This document shows, in pieces, positions 61,034 through 64,000 of a DNA stretch of 64,000 nucleotides (within the stretch, counting starts at the first letter, position 1; every line of letters starts with the position of its first letter). The stretch lies in assembly GCA_963727515.1 (NCBI GenBank), contig CAVSGN010000008.1:20146-84145 (forward strand), written 5' to 3'. The position numbers were made by a program, and so were the translations under genes. The notes beneath the pieces were generated by a model. The model was not told the DNA's origin, did not search any database, and saw only the letters and a program-made list of their open reading frames with translations. The DNA comes from an uncultured Thermoleophilia bacterium (lineage in GTDB: Bacteria; Actinomycetota; Thermoleophilia; Gaiellales; Gaiellaceae).

Positions 61034-61750
61034 ATGAGCACGCTGCTCTCGACGAAGGCCGACGACATCGCGCGCGTGCTCGAGGACGAGATCGTCGGCG
61101 GCCTCGTCCCTCCGGGCACGGTGCTGCGTCAGGAGCAGCTGTCCGAGCGGTTCGAGGTCTCGCGGACGCCCGTGCGGGAAGCGCTACGGCGCCTCGCCGC
61201 GCTCGGGCTCGTCTCGTTCGAGCCCAACCGGGGCGTCCGCGTGCGATCGCTCTCTCCCGGGGAGCTCCGTGAGGCCTACCTGGTGCGCGCCGAGCTCGAG
61301 TCGCTCGTGACCGAGGTGGCCACGTCGCGCATGACCGCGGCCGACTTCGAGGCGCTCGACGCCGCCGAGCAGCGGTTCTCGGCCATGACCCTCGAGTTGC
61401 GGGAGCAGGCCCGGCACGGCCTCGCGAGTGAGTCACCCCTCTTCGTCGACTGGATGCAGGCCAATTACGCCTTTCACGACGTCATCTACGCCGTGGCGGC
61501 GATGCCCTTCGTCGAGCGCCTTGCGAAGAGCGCCCGGCGGACCTTCATCGGCGACCGTGTGTGGAGCGCTCGGGTGGAGCTCGACGAGCTGTACGCGAAG
61601 AACGATCTTCAGCATCGGGCGATCCGTGAGGCGATCGCGGCGGGGAGCGCGGCCGGTGCGCGGTTGCTCGCGCGCGAGCACGTCCTCTCGTCGGGCCGGC
61701 TGATCGAGGTCGTGATCGAGTCGCTCAGCACCACCCCCGACCCGCTGTAG
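61034..61750 (+). CDS. GntR family transcriptional regulator (FCD C-terminal domain)
   Basis: PGTVLRQEQLSERFEVSRTPVREALRRL..GLV, then AN..FHDVI...QHRAI.EAI..G..EH. Confidence 0.93.
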   Translation: MSTLLSTKADDIARVLEDEIVGGLVPPGTVLRQEQLSERFEVSRTPVREALRRLAALGLVSFEPNRGVRVRSLSPGELREAYLVRAELESLVTEVATSRMTAADFEALDAAEQRFSAMTLELREQARHGLASESPLFVDWMQANYAFHDVIYAVAAMPFVERLAKSARRTFIGDRVWSARVELDELYAKNDLQHRAIREAIAAGSAAGARLLAREHVLSSGRLIEVVIESLSTTPDPL

Positions 61751-61782
61751 GGGCGGGCCTGTCCCGCGCGACCGCGAGGACG

Positions 61783-62484
61783 TTACGCGAGGGCGAGGTC
61801 GGCCAGCGTGCGCATGTCGGGCACTGTCAGCTCGGGTGTCGCGGTCGCGGGGGGTGTGGCGCCGAACCCCGGCAGGCCCTGGCGGCGGTCGACCCAGACG
61901 CTCGTGAGGCCCAGCTCCCTCGCGGGCACGTGGTCGTGGAAGAGGCTCTGCGCAGCGTGCAGGATTCGCTCGCGCGGGACGTCGATCGTCTGGAACGCGA
62001 GCTCGAACGGACGATGGCTCGGCTTGTAGGCGCTCGCGTCCTCGGCGGTCACGACCCAGTCGAAGGTCACGCCGAGCCGGCGGTTCGAGCGCGCGAAGAG
62101 ATCGCGATCGCAGTTCGTGATCACGCCGAGCCGGAACCGGGCCTGCAGTCGCCGGAGCGCGGTCGCGCTGTCCCGGAATGCGGGCCAGTCGCCCATCGCC
62201 TCTGCGAAGCCGTCTGCCTCGTCGTCGGACGCCTCGAATCCGAGCTCGCCGCAGAGCGCGCGTAGGCCACGGGCGAGAACGGCACGGTAGGGGGCATAGC
62301 TGCCTCCCTCGAGTGCAGCTTCGTGGCGCGCGTAGCGCTCCAGAAGCTCATCGTCCCCGGCCTCGATTCCGTGCGGGGCGAGGACCGGTTGGAATGCGTC
62401 GAGGATGCCGCGCTCCCAGTCGATCAGGGTGCCGTAGCAGTCGAACGTGATCGCGTCGAAGCGCCTGAAATCGATCTCGGCCAC
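61783..62484 (-). CDS. Haloacid dehalogenase type II family hydrolase
   Basis: FDCYGTLIDW, ITNCD, YKPS, HAAQSLFHDH.PA..LG..SVWVDR. Confidence 0.9.
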   Translation of the reverse strand: MAEIDFRRFDAITFDCYGTLIDWERGILDAFQPVLAPHGIEAGDDELLERYARHEAALEGGSYAPYRAVLARGLRALCGELGFEASDDEADGFAEAMGDWPAFRDSATALRRLQARFRLGVITNCDRDLFARSNRRLGVTFDWVVTAEDASAYKPSHRPFELAFQTIDVPRERILHAAQSLFHDHVPARELGLTSVWVDRRQGLPGFGATPPATATPELTVPDMRTLADLALA

Positions 62485-62489
62485 GCCGT

Positions 62490-62882
62490 TCAGTCCCAGA
62501 ACCGATCGAACGCGGCCGGGTCACTGGGGAGCGCGAGGACGTCGCGCACGAGGCCACCCTCGATGCGGAAGAGCAACACCTGGTCGAGCTCGAGCCGCCG
62601 GCCTTTGCGCTCCCCGCTCGCACGGTAGAGCGCCGCCGCCCTCGAATCGGATGCGAGGACGTCGATCAGCGAGGACGCGTAGGTTCCATCGGTCTCCTTC
62701 GGCAGCCGCCCGAGGAAGGCGAAGATCTCGGATCTGCCGCGGAACGTCCCCGCCATCGTACCCGTCCCGGGCACGGTCCAGGTCGCGTCCTCCGCGAACG
62801 CGTCCCGGAGCGCGAGCCCCTGCTTCTGCGCGAACGCGTCGAAGATCCGCCGCACCAGGGCGTCGTTCTCAGCGCGCGCCAC
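62490..62882 (-). CDS. NTF2/SnoaL-like protein
   Basis: AFAEDATWTVPG...G.FRGR.EI..F, FRIEGG.V. Confidence 0.85.
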   Translation of the reverse strand: MARAENDALVRRIFDAFAQKQGLALRDAFAEDATWTVPGTGTMAGTFRGRSEIFAFLGRLPKETDGTYASSLIDVLASDSRAAALYRASGERKGRRLELDQVLLFRIEGGLVRDVLALPSDPAAFDRFWD

Positions 62883-63090
62883 GACTCGCCTCCCAGCGGT
62901 CGATCAGCCCCTCGACGTGGCGCCGCTGCGCCTCCCCGAACGGGTAGCGGTCGAGCAGGCGCCGGGCCTCGGCCGGGTCGTCGTTCGCAACGGCTGCCTC
63001 GAGCCGCTCGCGCTCGGGGGTGGGCTGGCGCAGCTGCCGGCGAAGCCATCGCAGCAGGCTCACCGTCTCCTGATCGGCCGGTTGTGCCAT
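62869..63090 (-). CDS. Hypothetical protein (73 aa)
   Basis: Preceded by a TAAGCT -10-like element 7 nt upstream of the ATG; overlaps the next gene's start; no family recognised. Confidence 0.6.
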   Translation of the reverse strand: MAQPADQETVSLLRWLRRQLRQPTPERERLEAAVANDDPAEARRLLDRYPFGEAQRRHVEGLIDRWEASRGAR

Positions 63091-63150
63091 GCCGCTCAGC
63101 TTACGCCGTCGCCGGCTTCGGAGCCGCGCAGAGACGATAGGGTGGGAGGA

Positions 63151-63666
63151 GTGGACACGTTTCTCGCGATCGCGAGTCGTCGTGACGAACGCCGCATGAT
63201 TCCCGGTGCGCTACCGTCCGAGCTCGCCTGGCGGTTGCTCGATGCCGGGCGACTCTCGGGTTCGGCGGGCAACCGTCAGCCGTGGACATTCGTGGTCCCG
63301 ACGTCGCGCGCCCGGATCGAAGCGCTCGCAGAGACGGTGTTCGTCCCAGCAAACGTTCTCAGCGCCGGGCTCGTCGTCGCCGTCGTCGTGAGTGGCAAGG
63401 GGCCGGTCTCGTTCGATGCCGGGCGAGCCGCGCAGAGCATGCTCCTCGCAGCGTGGGCGGAGGGGCTTGCCTCGTGCCCGAACGGCATCGCCGACGCCGA
63501 GGGCGCACGCAGCGCGCTCGGAGCTGCCGAGGACGAGAAGCCCGTGATCGTTCTCTCGTTCGGGTATCCCGAGCGGCCGCGCGACGCAGGCATCCGTACC
63601 GCGGGCGAATGGAGCGCGCGGGCCAACCGCAAGCCACTCGAGGAGCTCGTGCGATGGCTGCCGTGA
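63151..63666 (+). CDS. Nitroreductase family protein
   Basis: FLAIASRR..R, S..NRQPW.FVV, D.G.AAQSMLLAA..EGL.SC, RKPLEELV. Confidence 0.9.
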   Translation: MDTFLAIASRRDERRMIPGALPSELAWRLLDAGRLSGSAGNRQPWTFVVPTSRARIEALAETVFVPANVLSAGLVVAVVVSGKGPVSFDAGRAAQSMLLAAWAEGLASCPNGIADAEGARSALGAAEDEKPVIVLSFGYPERPRDAGIRTAGEWSARANRKPLEELVRWLP

Positions 63667-64000
63667 CGCGGATGCGTGGGGGCCTCGATCTCGGAGGCAC
63701 CAAGATCCAGGCGGTCGTGACGGACGGCGAGGCGGGGGTGCTCGGGAGGGCGCGGCGGGAGACGCCGCAGCAGGGCGGCCCGGAGGCGGTCGTGTTCGAG
63801 CTTGCCGAAGCGCTCCGAACGGCGCTCGACGAGGCCGGTGTCGAGCCGATGGGGCTCGCGGCGATCGGCGTGGGGGCGCCCGGCACCATCGACGTCGACA
63901 ATGGAACCGTCACCCAGGTAGCGAACATCGAGGGCTGGGACCTACCGTTTCCGCTCGGGCCCGCACTGGCCGAAGAGCTCGGGCGGCCGGTGCGGATCGG
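63663..64000 (+). CDS. ROK family sugar kinase (partial, runs off window end)
   Basis: Manual translation: GLDLGGTKIQAVV...AIGVGAPG.ID...ANI.GW...LAEELGRPVRI. Confidence 0.88.
   Translation, partial: MTRMRGGLDLGGTKIQAVVTDGEAGVLGRARRETPQQGGPEAVVFELAEALRTALDEAGVEPMGLAAIGVGAPGTIDVDNGTVTQVANIEGWDLPFPLGPALAEELGRPVRI

Overview
High-GC (roughly 70% by eye) bacterial chromosomal DNA, densely coding, with about 60 genes. The clpS-DUF2017 pair and overall gene style suggest an actinobacterium, probably Thermoleophilia/Gaiellales-like (inference). I found no rRNA, tRNA, CRISPR array, transposase, integrase or phage gene. The window is a catabolic/scavenging region. It holds: (i) molybdenum-hydroxylase accessory genes (CoxD/CoxE-like, split XdhC); (ii) a stand-alone 2-oxoacid dehydrogenase E1 beta/alpha pair; (iii) an acyl-CoA synthetase carrying a long charged repeat tail, upstream of clpS; (iv) a gabD-NIPSNAP-SDR-cupin-ThDP enzyme-Rid-amidase operon; (v) a five-gene cluster matching the furoate pathway hmfABCDE in order and sequence, with a GAF-REC-LuxR regulator; (vi) a divergent LarA-family protein; (vii) an ABC transporter with Tm-1-like/TIM-barrel genes; (viii) a GGT-like/oxalate-CoA ligase/PanE-like/amidase/deacetylase-fold operon, which I interpret as a candidate oxalurate-oxamate-oxalate-to-glyoxylate salvage pathway; (ix) aceA-[kinase/PLP phospho-lyase fusion]-aceB, divergent from a GntR regulator with repeated GGATCC-centred palindromes. 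About a dozen genes carry +/-1 frameshifts, clustered at 8.5-19 kb, 29-32 kb and 47.3 kb, most likely consensus errors. All family assignments come from motif recognition and memory; no database search was run.
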